Notes: generated by a model from the letters alone, not told the origin. A DNA stretch of 64,000 nt from an uncultured Acidobacteriota bacterium (GCA_963843575.1 CAWJKZ010000024.1:288001-352000); one strand, 5' to 3'. Shown: positions 1 to 11,527, counted from the first letter of the stretch. Made by a program: numbers and translations.

Positions 1-440
1 CTTCCTGCCGCGCCTGCGGAGCGCGAGTCGGCATCCCGGTCCTGGACATGATCGAGGAGAGCTGTCGCGCCCTGCGCTCGGAGCGACCGCAGATCAGGAG
101 GGCGGGCCTGCTGGCCGCCGCGGGCACGGTGAAGAGCCGGATCTACGAAACGGTGTTCGCCCGCGACGGCGTCGAAGTCGTCGCGCCCGACGAGGCAGAC
201 CAGGCACGCGTTCACGCCGCCATCCAGGACGTCAAGGCCGGGGGCCGCGGCGCCGGCACGGCTGGCGTCCTCTACTCGGCCGGAGCGGCCCTCGTTGCCC
301 GCGGTGCCGAGGCAGTGATCCTCGGGTGCACCGAGATACCGTTGGTCTTCGACCCGATGGGGGCCGGTTATCCGACGATCAACCCCACGCGGGTCCTGGC
401 CCAGGCTGCGATCGCATGGGCGCTGGGGGAACGGCCGTGA
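1..440 (+). CDS. Aspartate/glutamate racemase family protein (5'-truncated by window)
   Basis: C-terminal half with GAEAVILGCTEIPL catalytic Cys motif and GIPVLDM; stop TGA 438-440. Confidence 0.85.
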   Translation, partial: SCRACGARVGIPVLDMIEESCRALRSERPQIRRAGLLAAAGTVKSRIYETVFARDGVEVVAPDEADQARVHAAIQDVKAGGRGAGTAGVLYSAGAALVARGAEAVILGCTEIPLVFDPMGAGYPTINPTRVLAQAAIAWALGERP

Positions 441-1114
441 GCCCCTGCCGAGCCATCCTGCTCGACCTCGGCAAGGTCCTGGTCGATTTCGACGTCAGGG
501 AATTCGGGCGCCGGATCCTGCCGCGCGCCGGCATCACCGGCGAGGAACTGCGCGCCATGATCGCCGCGGACGACCTGGCCCTCAGGTACGAAACGGGCGC
601 GGTCGACGACGACGAGTTCCATCGGGAACTCTGCCGCAGAATGAAGACGGAGATCCCGCGGGCCGAATTTAACGAAGCCTGGACCTCGATCTTCCTGCCC
701 CAGCCGCTGGTGCCCGAAGCGGTCATCGAGTCGCTTGCACGACGGGCCCCGCTGTGGATCGTCTCAAACACCAACAAGGCGCACTTCGATTTCATCGCCG
801 GCCGCTACGGCTTCCTGCGGCATTTTCAGGGCTGGATCCTTTCGCACGAGGTGGGTGCCGTAAAGCCGGACCGTCGCATCTTCGAACTGGCCTTGCACCG
901 CGCGCGGATAGAACCGTGCGAAGCCCTCTTCGTCGACGACCGCCCCGAGAACGTGGAGGCCGCGCGTGCCCTCGGCATCGATGCATTTCTCTTCATGGGA
1001 CTGGCGACCTTTTGCGAAGAACTTGCCGCGAGGGGGCTGCTTCAAGCGGAAGCCGACAGACAGAAGCCGGAAGCCGGGAGCCGGAAGCCGAGGGGGGGAA
1101 GGCCGGTAGAGTAA
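437..1114 (+). CDS. HAD-superfamily (IA) phosphatase, YihX-like
   Basis: GTG overlapping upstream TGA; motifs DLGKVLVD, SNT, KPD, FVDD..EN; C-terminus runs into heptamer repeats. Confidence 0.85.
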   Translation: MSPCRAILLDLGKVLVDFDVREFGRRILPRAGITGEELRAMIAADDLALRYETGAVDDDEFHRELCRRMKTEIPRAEFNEAWTSIFLPQPLVPEAVIESLARRAPLWIVSNTNKAHFDFIAGRYGFLRHFQGWILSHEVGAVKPDRRIFELALHRARIEPCEALFVDDRPENVEAARALGIDAFLFMGLATFCEELAARGLLQAEADRQKPEAGSRKPRGGRPVE

Positions 1115-1372
1115 AGGGCAGCTCACTCTGCTCCAAGGGCGGCGGGCGCCCGGGCATCGATGCGTTTTAGTTCAAGGAACGGAGGCCGGAGAACGGAAGC
1201 CGGAGAACGGAAGCCAGGCGGGGGGAACGGGGGTGGGGCAAATGGCGGCCCACCCTGCTCCTGGTCTCGGCGGGTTCCACATCGATAGGGTCCAATTCCG
1301 AGGGATGGAAGCCGGAAGTCCGGCGTTAGCGCACACGGCGGCACTGCCCCTGGCTTCCGGCTCCCGGCTCTG
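1048..1372. repeat. Degenerate heptamer tandem repeats (GGAAGCC / GAACGGA type), both orientations
   Basis: 7-bp periodicity at 1048-1096, 1177-1232 and 1307-1325; inverted GGCTTCC-GGCTCCC at 1352-1372. Confidence 0.7.
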
Positions 1373-1376
1373 TTCG

Positions 1377-3698
1377 TCACGGGATCGGTATGACGGGGAG
1401 TGCGGTCATGCTGGTGGCCGAGATGCGCAGCGCGACCGCGGGAACGGGATGGCTGGCCGTGATTTCGAGGTTGCCGCTTCCCTCGAACTCCGGAAAGATC
1501 TGCTGCGCGCCCGCGATCAGGTCGGCGCGCTGTGTTCCCGGTTCCAGGGTCACGGGCCCTTTCTCCAGGAGCGCTCGTGGCGGATTCGGGCCGTAGCCGG
1601 TAGTCGATTTCCGCAAGTCGCCGCCGACGTTGGCGACGGCTATCCCGGTGTTGTAGCCGTCCTTCTGTTCGACGAACAGGCAGAACCTGCTGTACGGCAC
1701 GGCCGCGGCTACCCCGACTTCAGTCTGCAGCCTCCCGGTTGAGGCGTCGTGCTGCGCAGTAGATGATGACGCCGCCCACGCCGTGGTCGGCGGTCAGGGT
1801 CGCGTAACCTGTTTCCAGCGGGCCCGGTGCGGATGCCTCGAGGAATGACGGTACTCAGCGGAGGCGATCGTGAAGTGTGGCTCGTCACCACCCCGCCTTC
1901 AATGCTGACGGGCATCGGCGACTCCGTTGGCGCGGACGAACCGGATGCTCCCGGATGGCGGGGAAGTAAGCCGGGGTTGGTCAGGATGATGGTCGAGCGA
2001 TAGGACTCGTGCGCCTGTGCCGGTGACGACCTGGGGGAAATAGAGGGTGACGGGCGCGAAGGCCTGGTTGATGTTGGTTGCGGGCAACGTGGTCAGCGTT
2101 CTCGGGGAACTGCGCAGCGCCACGGCGGGCACGGGGGAATCGGCGAAGACCTGGAGGCTGCCCCGGAAGTTCGTGACGGCAGGGAAGAGTTGCCCGGCGC
2201 CGCTTACGAAGGTCGAGATGTGGTGGCCGGATTCGAGCGAGACCGTGCGGGTGGAGACGGTCTGGCCGATCGTGTCGAGCAGCTTGAAATAGAGGCTCAC
2301 GGCCCGGCCGATTGCCGAGGTTCGCCACGGCGACGCCGGTGTTGAATTCGCCCGTGACGTCGACGGGGAAGGTGAAGAAATCCATGCCTGTCGCCGCCAC
2401 GACCCCGGCTTCCGTCATCAGCGCGCCGTCGGCCTCGTGCTGCGAGAAGACGGCGCTCCCGCCCACCGGCACGCTCGAGCTGCAGGACCGCGTAGCCCGA
2501 CACGCCCGGGGCCTGCGCCGTCCGTTTTGACGACGCCGCTCCCGTGCGGCGGAATCGTGAAGTACGCCGTGCCGACGGCGGCTGTCCCGGGGACGAAGGC
2601 GGACAGCAGCGGAGCGCCGTCGGAGTTGTAGAAGGTGACGTTGCCGCTGGCCGGCAGGTCGGAGAAGTTCACCAGCAGCAGGGTGGTGGTGAAGTACACG
2701 CCGCCGAATGAACCGTTCGCGATCTGCGGGAACCAAAGGTCGTGCATCGCGTGTATGTGCAGTTCGTAGTAGCCCAGGTCGTGGTTGGCGCTGCTCACGT
2801 AAGGGTCGGCACGGAACTGGCCGTTGGTGAACGCCGTCGAATACTGAGTATTCTGGTGCACCGTGACCGCGACGTAGTAGTTCCCGTCGCGCGGGATCTC
2901 GAATGACAGGGCCGGGTCTTCCATGAAGCCGCTGTCGGGATCCTTGTCGGCCACGGACTCGGCCAGCAGCCTGCCGGATGCATCGAACAGGCCGATTCTG
3001 GCCTTGACGATGAGGTTCCAGCCCTCGCTCCCCGCGTGTTCCAGCGCATCGACGTCCAGAGTGATCTTGGCGCCGCGCCGCGCCGAGATCTGGTACCAGT
3101 CGATGTCTCCGAAGTACAGGAGGTGGGAGCCATAGGTGTCAAACGGCATGGTAACCGGGGTGGCGGATTCCTGCGTGTCGTTCGGCTCGTATCTGTCCCC
3201 GATATAAATCCCATCAAACGTGGTGAACAGATAGATGAAGTACGGGCCGGTGGTGCCGTCCCCTCCACGGGTTCCTTGCGGAACGTGGCGGCGCCGCAAA
3301 CCGACGCGTAGTAGATGCCGGTCGACGGGACCTTCAGGTAGACGATGGGGTCGTTTTCGGCGCGGTTGCGCCCGAGGTTGAACTCCTTGTCGTTGTACTC
3401 GAGCAGGTTGCCCGCCCTCGTCGTACAGGGCGACCATCGGGTCGAGCTCGGAGCCCTGGGACGCCGCCTGCACCCAGACCGTGACCTCCTGGCCCGCGCG
3501 CAGCTCGAACTTGTAGAAGTCGATGTCGGTGGACCCGCTGATCGTGCCGCCTCCCGACATGAATGGCAGGGACAGCGCGGTGGCACCCTGCAGGGTGTCG
3601 TTCGGCTCGATGTCCTGACCGAACGCGGCCGAGCCGGGCAGGATGAGAGCTGCGATCGCAATCCACAGTAGCCTTGGCACGCAGGTGCGGGTCCACAT
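1377..3698 (-). CDS. Secreted protein with two pre-peptidase C-terminal (PPC)-like domains and ~4 repeated beta-rich domains (frameshifted in assembly)
   Basis: Signal peptide ending AFG; EPNDT...D.D(F/W)Y motifs twice; fragments 2418-3698, 2795-3775, 1981-2736, 1899-2300, 1709-1915 and 1377-1700 join across indels. Confidence 0.7.
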
Positions 3699-3714
3699 GA
3701 CAGTTCTGTCCGAT

Positions 3715-6700
3715 CTAGCGGATGTCCAGGTACAGGCGATTGGACGTGCCGCCGTTGTCCGGGTTGGTGACGCACACGGGAATCCTGCCGGCGTACTGGA
3801 TCAGCGACGCCGGGACCTCCGCCCGAAGCTGGTGATCGCTGACGAAGTGCGTCTGCAGCACGGCCGAATAGAAACGGACCTGGGCGCCGTTGCGCAGATT
3901 CGTGCCGTTGATCACGAGGGTGAACGACGGACCGCCCGCCGCCACCGCCTCCGGGCTCATCGAGACCAGGAACGGGTTGGCCGCGAAGTTGCCCTCGGTG
4001 ATGAAGAAGCTGAGCCCCTCCGATTCACCGCCGCCGGGTTGCGGGTTGGCGACCTCCACGATCCACTCGCCCAGCGAGGTCGCGTAGTCGACGTCCATGC
4101 TCGTGTACAGCTGGGTGGAACTCAGCACCTGAAGGTTCCCGGACCCGAATTCGGGCGGGGGATAGGTGCCGGCCTGGTACACACGGACGAGCGTCTGCGG
4201 GCCGAAGTTCGTACCGTTCACGACGACGGGCATCGAGAACTTTCCGAGCACGTCGAGCGCGGTCGCCGAGCCAGTGATTACGGAGGTGATCGTCGGCTGC
4301 AGGCCTTCGACCTTGAAGAATACCGATTCCGAACTGGCCAGGGACGGGTCGGGGTTCTGCACCCAGATCCGCGCGAACCCGGATCTGGTCAGCAGCTCCG
4401 GGGGCACCTTGGCGTACAGGTGGACCGCCAGGCAATAGGCGTTGTTCTCGCAGTAGCTGGTCGCCAGGGCCTGGTTGTTGAAATAGACCACCGCGCCGCG
4501 CCGGAATCCCCAGCCGATCACCTCTATGTTCAGGGCTCCCGCACCGGGCTCCAGCCTCGCCGAGACCGTGTTGGGCGAAACGCCCTCCACGGCCGGTGCA
4601 GGGTTAGTAGACCGTCAGCAGCTGCACGTTCGATTCGACGTTGGCGGGATACGGGTTCTGCACGGTCACCGGGAAGATGCCGCCACGCGTGAAGTACTGC
4701 GCGGGCAGGTCTGCGACGATCTGTGCGTCGTCCACCACCTGCGTGCGAATGCCGTCGCTCTGGCCGTTGACCTTGACGACGGCCCCGGGCAGGAAGCCCG
4801 CGCCGCGCAGCGTGATGGTCGTCGCCGCGCTTCCCCTCGACGAGCGTCCCGCGGCCCTGACCGTGTTGAGCAGGGGACGGGCCTAGATAGGCCACGAAGG
4901 GGAAGCTCTGGGTGACGCGGCGCCGCGGCCCGTTCTCGTCGGTGACGACGTAGATCTCGAAGCGGTCCGGCACCGCGAGCATGTGGGCCGGGATGAGGAC
5001 CTGGAGATGGTTGGCGTCCACCGGCGTGGTCGCCAGCCGGCCGCGCCCACATACGCCTGGGACGAGCCGTCGAAATCGCTGCCGAATATGCTGACGATGG
5101 TGTCGGGGCTGTCGACCGGCATGGAAGCCGGCTGCACCACGATGGCGTCAGGAGCGGTGAAGCCCTGGAAATCCTGGCGCTTGCTCGCCGTCGTGATTTC
5201 GAAATTCGTCTGCGCCGGGACAAACTGGAAGCCGAACTGATCGACCGTCATCGAGTAGCGCCCCGCCGGCAGACCGGTGAACGCATACAGACCCTCCGCG
5301 TTGGTCGTGGCCAGTTTCCCGACCGGGCCGGAGAGCACGACCTTGAAGCCCACGGCGGGGAGATCATTGAGCGTGACCTTGCCGGTCACGGCGAACGCCG
5401 TGAGCGGGGCGGGGACGAAGGGCGTGGTCAACGGCTGGGCGGCGAAGTTCGACAGTGTCGCGCCGTCCTTGGTCCAGATGGAGGAGGTCGCAAACAGCGG
5501 TTCGTTCGCCCGGACGTACACGTAACCGCCCGTCTGATCGGTCACCTCGGGCAGCAGCTCGCCGATGCGCCGCGAGACGGCAGCGCCCGGCTCGATGGCC
5601 ACCTGCACGAACCCAACGGTTGCGCCGCTGGCCTTCGACCACGTAAATATTCGCGTAGCTCGTGTTGGAGGTGGGGTTGGCGAGGCTGATTTCGGTCGAT
5701 CCCGCGGTGCCTTCGACCACCTGCGGGAAGACAAACTCGACTCCCGGCATCTTCTGCATCGCCAGGGCCGAGAGCGATCCCGTGTCGCTGCGCCCATAGA
5801 TCAGGGAAGCCGAAACCCGTCCCGTGGACTGGACGAGAAGCCAGCCCTCCTTCTCGCCGCCGAAGGAAGCGAAGAAGCCCTGCAGCGGGGACACGGAGGC
5901 CCCCGTTCGCTTTCAGTGTCACCTTCCGGCTCGCCAGGATGATGCCGTTGTTTGCGATGGCCGTGACTGTAACGTCCGCCGAGGCGGGTTCGAGGTTCGC
6001 GAGGGAGATTGCCGAGGCGTACTCTTCGCCTGTCTTGAAGTGAGCGATGCCGCCTCCGTTCGAGGCCTGCGTCGGGACCTGCGCATTCAGGGCGGCGATG
6101 TCGACTCGTCCGGCCAGGTCGGGCACAGAGGAGAAACCCAGGAACAGGCTCGTCCCGGCGACCGATTGTGCCTGCGAGAAGATGTTGAGGGGCTTTGTGA
6201 GCGCGGTGACGTGAGACGCCCCGGAGAAACTCGTCCCGGCCGGGAAGAGGTCTTTGGCCATGCCGCGGTAGGCGCCCTGGGCGGGCACCTGGACGCTCCC
6301 TTTGCCGAGCAGGTCTCCGCCGTATCCCCAGAGGCTCAACTCCACCGCCGTCCCGCGCGGGTTAGGGTTGACCAGGTCGATCTCCGAGTACCCCTCGGTC
6401 GGTCCCGGCACGACCGGGAAGACCAGCGTGGTGCCCGAAGCGGGCGCCCCCGCGCCGTCGCTGTAGGTGCCGTCGGAGTTGAATATCTGATAGTAGACGA
6501 TCAGGCCTGACGTGGGGCTGCTCACCCTCAGTGACGCGTCGATGATGCCGTAACCGAAGAGATCTGTCGCCGCCCTCGCCGTCTGCCCGAGCGCCGGCAC
6601 CACCAGTGTGACGGGATTGACCACGCCTGCGACCTCGCTCCCAGCCGTGCCGACCAGCGTCAGCGTGACCACAGCGTCCTTGATCCCCGGATTGAAGATC

Positions 6701-6864
6701 GCAATGCCGCTGTTCACTTCGCCGCCGGCCACGAAACTCGGAAACAGGAACTGCGACTGAGCGGACGCGACCTGTGCCGACAGCCCCGCAGCCGTCAGAA
6801 GGGCGCACAGGATGACAAGCGCCATCCGGGAACGGGTTGCTCGGGACATCACATGCCTGACCAT
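3715..6864 (-). CDS. Large secreted protein: ~4 repeated beta-rich domains, carboxypeptidase-regulatory-like domain, several IPT/TIG domains (frameshifted)
   Basis: Signal peptide; TTNAEGLYAFTGLPAGRY; IPT-like motifs LVINGTNL..GAQV and V.NP.PGGG.S; fragments 5542-6864, 5364-5894, 4883-5797, 4530-5021, 3715-4590. Confidence 0.7.
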
Positions 6865-6927
6865 AGTTTTGCTCTCGCTTGAATGGCGGCGGGGGAGGTT
6901 ACCGTCGTCCCCCGGCTGCGCGGCCCC

Positions 6928-7629
6928 TTAGAAGTAATAGACAAATGCGAACGAGATTTCGAACTGGTGGAGGATCCCGCTGACGGGGAATACCGTCGTG
7001 TTCGGATCGTTTGACTCCTTGGGCAGACCATACCGCACGGCGCGGGACATGTAGTCACGCAGATCGATCCTCACCCCCCAGACGTTGTTGATCTTGAAGC
7101 GGACCCCGCCCCCGGCGTTGAACGCGAGCACGTTCTCGCTGCGCAACTTGCCCAGCCCGGCCCGGTTCGGGTCGAGCGCTTCGTTGATCGTCCGTTGCGG
7201 CAGGGTGTAGAACGTCCCGCCGACTCCCGCGGTAAGGAAAGGGAACATGCGCCGGGTCTTCTGGAGCGAGCGCAGATACCAGAGCGCATTTATGGAGACC
7301 TGGTGCGTCTTGCTGGTGAAGGCGAAGCGGTAGCCGGTCGTGTTGTTCACGATGCGCGTGGAGTTGCTGCCATAGCTGTAAATAATGTCCTGTCCCCACC
7401 GGCCCAGGGAATCTGCGCCAAACCGGACGCCGCCGCGGGCGCCAGCCGAAAACTCCTGCGTCCCCTTCAGCGGGACGGAGGACTGGGGGGTGGTGATCTC
7501 GAAATCCTTGCTTTTCGGGACGTTTGCAGCCCCGAACACCTCGAACCGGTACTTGTATTCGGCGAACGCCGGACCGGTCACGACGAGCACGGCCGTCAAG
7601 GGAATGAGGAAGCGAGCCAGCGTTTTCAT
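6928..7629 (-). CDS. Outer-membrane beta-barrel protein
   Basis: Signal peptide (AFA), amphipathic strands PFLTAGVG and AFNAGGGV, C-terminal FAFVYYF beta-signal. Confidence 0.85.
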   Translation of the reverse strand: MKTLARFLIPLTAVLVVTGPAFAEYKYRFEVFGAANVPKSKDFEITTPQSSVPLKGTQEFSAGARGGVRFGADSLGRWGQDIIYSYGSNSTRIVNNTTGYRFAFTSKTHQVSINALWYLRSLQKTRRMFPFLTAGVGGTFYTLPQRTINEALDPNRAGLGKLRSENVLAFNAGGGVRFKINNVWGVRIDLRDYMSRAVRYGLPKESNDPNTTVFPVSGILHQFEISFAFVYYF

Positions 7630-7827
7630 TGAGTGTCACCTTTCCAATTGGATTGCAGGTTCAACGGGGGGACGAAAGTTTTAGCCCGGCAATTCCATCC
7701 AGCATTCACATCGTCTTCCATGGACCGCGAAACGGGCGGAGATTCAGTTAGATCTATCGACTCTTGCTCCGGAACCGCTTAGATTTTTTTCTGGAGTGAA
7801 CCGCCGACGCCCCGCAGCCGCAATAAC

Positions 7828-7880
7828 CAAGTGGGTCCGGCCTCAGCCCGGACGCAGTTTGCGGTCGCTGTAACGTGCGC
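7828..7880 (+). repeat. REP-like family A, single (half) element
   Basis: CAAGTGGGTCCGG-CCTCAGCCCGGACG plus arm GCAGTTTGCGGTCGCTG shared with 43827 and, inverted, with ~24903-24930. Confidence 0.8.
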
Positions 7881-7899
7881 CCGTCGCCATATAGATGGC

Positions 7900-7950
7900 T
7901 TGACAAAGCTGTCCATCGATTTGACAATGTTACTGTAATATTTCTAGATA
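7900..7950 (+). promoter_or_regulatory. Putative sigma70 promoter region of the kinase operon, with overlapping inverted repeat
   Basis: Two TTGACA hexamers (7900, 7921) in AT-rich DNA; only weak -10 candidates; TGTC-N9-GACA at 7910-7926. Confidence 0.45.
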
Positions 7951-7974
7951 GGTCCCGAGGGGGCTCAGCACCTG

Positions 7975-10113
7975 ATGGTGTTTCACAGCCTGCGCAACAA
8001 GCTGCTTATCCTGATGATTTCGCTGGCGCTGCTGCCGCTGGCCGGCATCGCCACGTTTTCGAACGTCATCGGCAGCCGCCAGATCGCGGAGGATCGGATA
8101 AAGCTAGCCCTTGAGACGATGGCGCAGGACACGGCCGACAAGATCGACATCATGCTGCGGGAGAAGAAGCAGGAGAGCCACTCGATGGCAACCACGTTCC
8201 CGTTGATTTACGAGTCGCTGGGGCGCGAGGGCTTGGGCCGACTGCTGAACAACTACTGTTTCAACAACGAGGGGTACGATCTGCTGGTGGTCTTGGACGC
8301 GACGGGCAAGGTCATCGGGATCAACACGACCGACCGGGACGGGTCCGCTCTGCCGGCCGAGAGCATCGGGCGCATACTGAACTCCAACATCAGCGCCTTT
8401 CCCGACGAGGCCGAGGTGTTCGGCCATTCGGTGACGGGGCATTCGTGGCATCACGACTGGTACGCGTCCAAGCTGGTCCACTCGCTGTACGACTACACGA
8501 ACGAGGACATCAGCCGCCAGTACAACATCGCGTTGTCGGAACCGATCCAGAACCCCAAGACTCACGAGATCATCGGGGTCTGGATCAACATCATCAACTG
8601 GAGCTACTTCCAGAACGTTCTGGACAACGTCGAGACGGACCTTGCCAACCTCAATTTGCGCACGGGCTACGCGTTCATGTTCGCGAAGGACGGCGACACG
8701 ATCATCGCGCACAAGTACCGGACCAACCGGTCCGGGCCGGTGCTCGCGGGCGAACCCGGAGGGACCTCGGCGAGCCTGTACAACGCGCGGCTGGTGGATC
8801 TTGGGCTGCGCAACCTGCGGGACGCCGTCCTGGCCAAGCAGCGCAGCTACGCCTACGACTTTCCGAAAGGGAACAGCAAGATCTCGGGAATGACACCCAT
8901 CGACGACACGTCGTTCGGGTGGACCGTCGGGGTCGGCATCGACGACGCCGACATTTTCGGCCCGATCCGCTCGATGACCTGGTGGCTGGTCGGGGTGACC
9001 CTGGCGGTCGGTGCGCTCGTGGTGCTCTTCACCTATTTGATCGCCCAGGGCATTACGGTTCCGTTGAAGAACCTCATCGGGACGGCGCAACGGATCGCGC
9101 AGGGCGAGCTGCACGAACGGGTCCTGATCCGCACCTCCGACGAAGTGGGGATCCTGGGGGCAACCTTCAACGACATGGCGCGCTCGCTCGCCGCGCGCGA
9201 GGACGAGCTGCAGGAGCTCAACAAGAATCTCGAAAGCATGGTCCGGCAGCGCACCCTGGAGCTCGAGACGTCGCACGAGGCGCTCAAGAACGCCTACACG
9301 GACCTGCAGAACGCCCAGGACCAGCTGATCCAGACCGAGAAGATGGCGTCTCTCGGCCAGCTCGTCGCGGGCATCGCCCACGAGATCAAGAACCCGCTGA
9401 ACTTCATCTACGGGAACACCGGTTTTCTCGCCGAGTACGTGCGCAAGCTCCAGTCCCTCGTGGAATCCTTCGATACCCTTTCGAGCCTTTCGGAAGAAGA
9501 CAAGGCCAGGATCTCCGCGCAGAAACAGGAGCTCAACTACGACTTCGTCAAGGAGGACCTGCACACCCTGATCGACAACTTCACCGAAGGCGCCCGGCGG
9601 ATCAACACGATCGTCTCGGATCTGCGCACGTTCTCCCGCGTCGACAAGGGGGTCGTCTCGGAGATCGACCTGCACGCCTCGCTGGAAATGTCGCTGAACC
9701 TGTTGAGCAACCAGTACAAGAACCGCGTGGAGGTGCACCGCGAATACGGTGAGATCCCGAAAGTCACCGGCTACTCGGGGAAGCTGAGCCAGGTCTTCAT
9801 GAACCTGCTCTCCAACGCCTTTCACGCGGTAAAGGACAAGGGGGACGTCTGGATACGGACCCGCCGGGTGGACGGCACCGTGGAAGTCGAAATCGAGGAC
9901 AACGGCGTGGGCATTCCGAAGGAGAGCCTCAACCGGATCTTCGAGCCCTTCTACACGACCAAGCCCGTCGGGCAAGGCACCGGGCTCGGTCTGAGCATCA
10001 GCTACGGCATCATCGAACAGCACCACGGTCGGATACAGGTCGCCAGCACCCCGCAGAAAGGGACGATCTTCACGGTGCGGCTCCCCGTAGCCCTGGAGAG
10101 GAGCGTCGGATGA
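7975..10113 (+). CDS. Membrane sensor histidine kinase (periplasmic Cache-like domain, HAMP, HisKA, HATPase)
   Basis: Two TM segments, HAMP (DEVGILGATFN), H-box AHEIKNPL, N/G1/F/G2 boxes. Confidence 0.95.
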   Translation: MVFHSLRNKLLILMISLALLPLAGIATFSNVIGSRQIAEDRIKLALETMAQDTADKIDIMLREKKQESHSMATTFPLIYESLGREGLGRLLNNYCFNNEGYDLLVVLDATGKVIGINTTDRDGSALPAESIGRILNSNISAFPDEAEVFGHSVTGHSWHHDWYASKLVHSLYDYTNEDISRQYNIALSEPIQNPKTHEIIGVWINIINWSYFQNVLDNVETDLANLNLRTGYAFMFAKDGDTIIAHKYRTNRSGPVLAGEPGGTSASLYNARLVDLGLRNLRDAVLAKQRSYAYDFPKGNSKISGMTPIDDTSFGWTVGVGIDDADIFGPIRSMTWWLVGVTLAVGALVVLFTYLIAQGITVPLKNLIGTAQRIAQGELHERVLIRTSDEVGILGATFNDMARSLAAREDELQELNKNLESMVRQRTLELETSHEALKNAYTDLQNAQDQLIQTEKMASLGQLVAGIAHEIKNPLNFIYGNTGFLAEYVRKLQSLVESFDTLSSLSEEDKARISAQKQELNYDFVKEDLHTLIDNFTEGARRINTIVSDLRTFSRVDKGVVSEIDLHASLEMSLNLLSNQYKNRVEVHREYGEIPKVTGYSGKLSQVFMNLLSNAFHAVKDKGDVWIRTRRVDGTVEVEIEDNGVGIPKESLNRIFEPFYTTKPVGQGTGLGLSISYGIIEQHHGRIQVASTPQKGTIFTVRLPVALERSVG

Positions 10114-11527
10114 AGAGGCAGACACTGCTCCTGGTCGACGACGAGACCGCCAACCTGCAGAAGCTCCAGCGCACCTTTGTCGACGCCTACACCGTCCACC
10201 TGGCGCGCTCCGGCGCGGAGGCGCTGGAGTTGCTGCGGCATCACCCGGTCGACGCCATCATCACCGACCAGAAGATGCCCAACATGACCGGCATCGAGTT
10301 CCTGGAAGCGTCCCAGCGGGAGTATCCCAATCTCGTCCGCATCGTGCTGACCGGCTTCACCGAAGTCGACGACCTGATCGCCGCCATCAACACGGGCAAG
10401 GTGCACAAGTACATCACCAAGCCCTGGGAGCCCGACGACCTGAGGCTGGCCGTGCACGAGGCGCTCGAAAAGATGGAACTCCAGCGCGAAAACGAGCGCC
10501 TCGCCGCCGAGCTGAAAATCGCCAACGAGAAACTCCAGACGGAAAACACCATCCTGCGGCAGGAGGTCGAGAAGGAGGTCTTCCCGCGCGAGATCGTCTA
10601 CGGCAGCCCTGAAATGGAGGGCATCCTCCGGCTGCTGCGACGCGTCACCGGCACCGAGACAACCGTCCTGATCCAGGGCGAGACCGGCACCGGCAAGGAG
10701 CTTATCGCACGCTTCATCCACCGGGAGAGCAACCGGCGCGACCAGATCTTCATCCCCGTCAACTGCGGCGCCATCCCGCGCGAGCTGGTCGAGAGCGAGT
10801 TCTTCGGCCACGCCAAGGGTGCCTTCACCGGGGCCGCACAGGAGAAGAAGGGCCTCTTCGAGATGGCGGACGGCGGAACCATCTTTCTCGACGAAATCGG
10901 TGAGGCGCCGGCGGAACTCCAGGTAAAACTCCTGCGGGTCATCCAGGAAAGCGAGATCATGCCCGTCGGTTTCCACCAGCCGAAGAAAGTCGACGTGCGC
11001 ATCGTCGCCTCCACCAACCGAAACCTCAAGGCCGAGGTCGAGGCCGGCCGTTTCCGCCAGGACCTGTTTTTCAGGATCAACGTCTTTTCCGTCACCGTCC
11101 CCCCTCTCCGCGAGCGCCCCCGCGACATCATCCCCCTCGCCGAACACTTCCTGCGTCACTTCTCGACACGGCTGAACCGGCAGGGTTGGCCCCATTCACG
11201 AACGAGGCGCGCCAACTGCTCGTGGCCTACCCGTGGCCGGGAAACGTGCGCGAACTGCAGAACGAGATCGAACGGGTCGTGCTGCTGACCGAGCCGGACC
11301 ACGAAATCAGCCCCGAGTACCTCTCGGACACCATCTCCCAGCGCGTGCGCCCCACCGCCCGCGCCCATGGAAACCTCAAAACCGCCGTCCAGATGCTCGA
11401 AGACGAGATGATCCGCGAAGCCATGCAGCGCTTCCGCCACAACAAATCCCGCACCGCCCGCGCCCTCGGCATCAGCCGCCAGTCCCTGATCGAGAAGCTC
11501 CGGCGGCTCAACCTGTCAGCAATCTAG
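10110..11527 (+). CDS. Sigma54-dependent NtrC-family response regulator (REC-AAA+-Fis HTH); one frameshift near 11180
   Basis: REC (LLVDD, D, KP), GETGTGKE, GAFTGA, FLDEIGE; YPWPGNVREL and the HTH lie in the 11186-11527 frame; ATGA overlap with the kinase. Confidence 0.93.

Noticed and set aside
8104-11195. Long antisense or alternate-frame ORFs (also 18468-21428, 22944-24953, 44426-46885, 49081-51534)
   Set aside because: Shadow ORFs of high-GC coding sequence; any recognisable segments belong to the frameshifted real genes.
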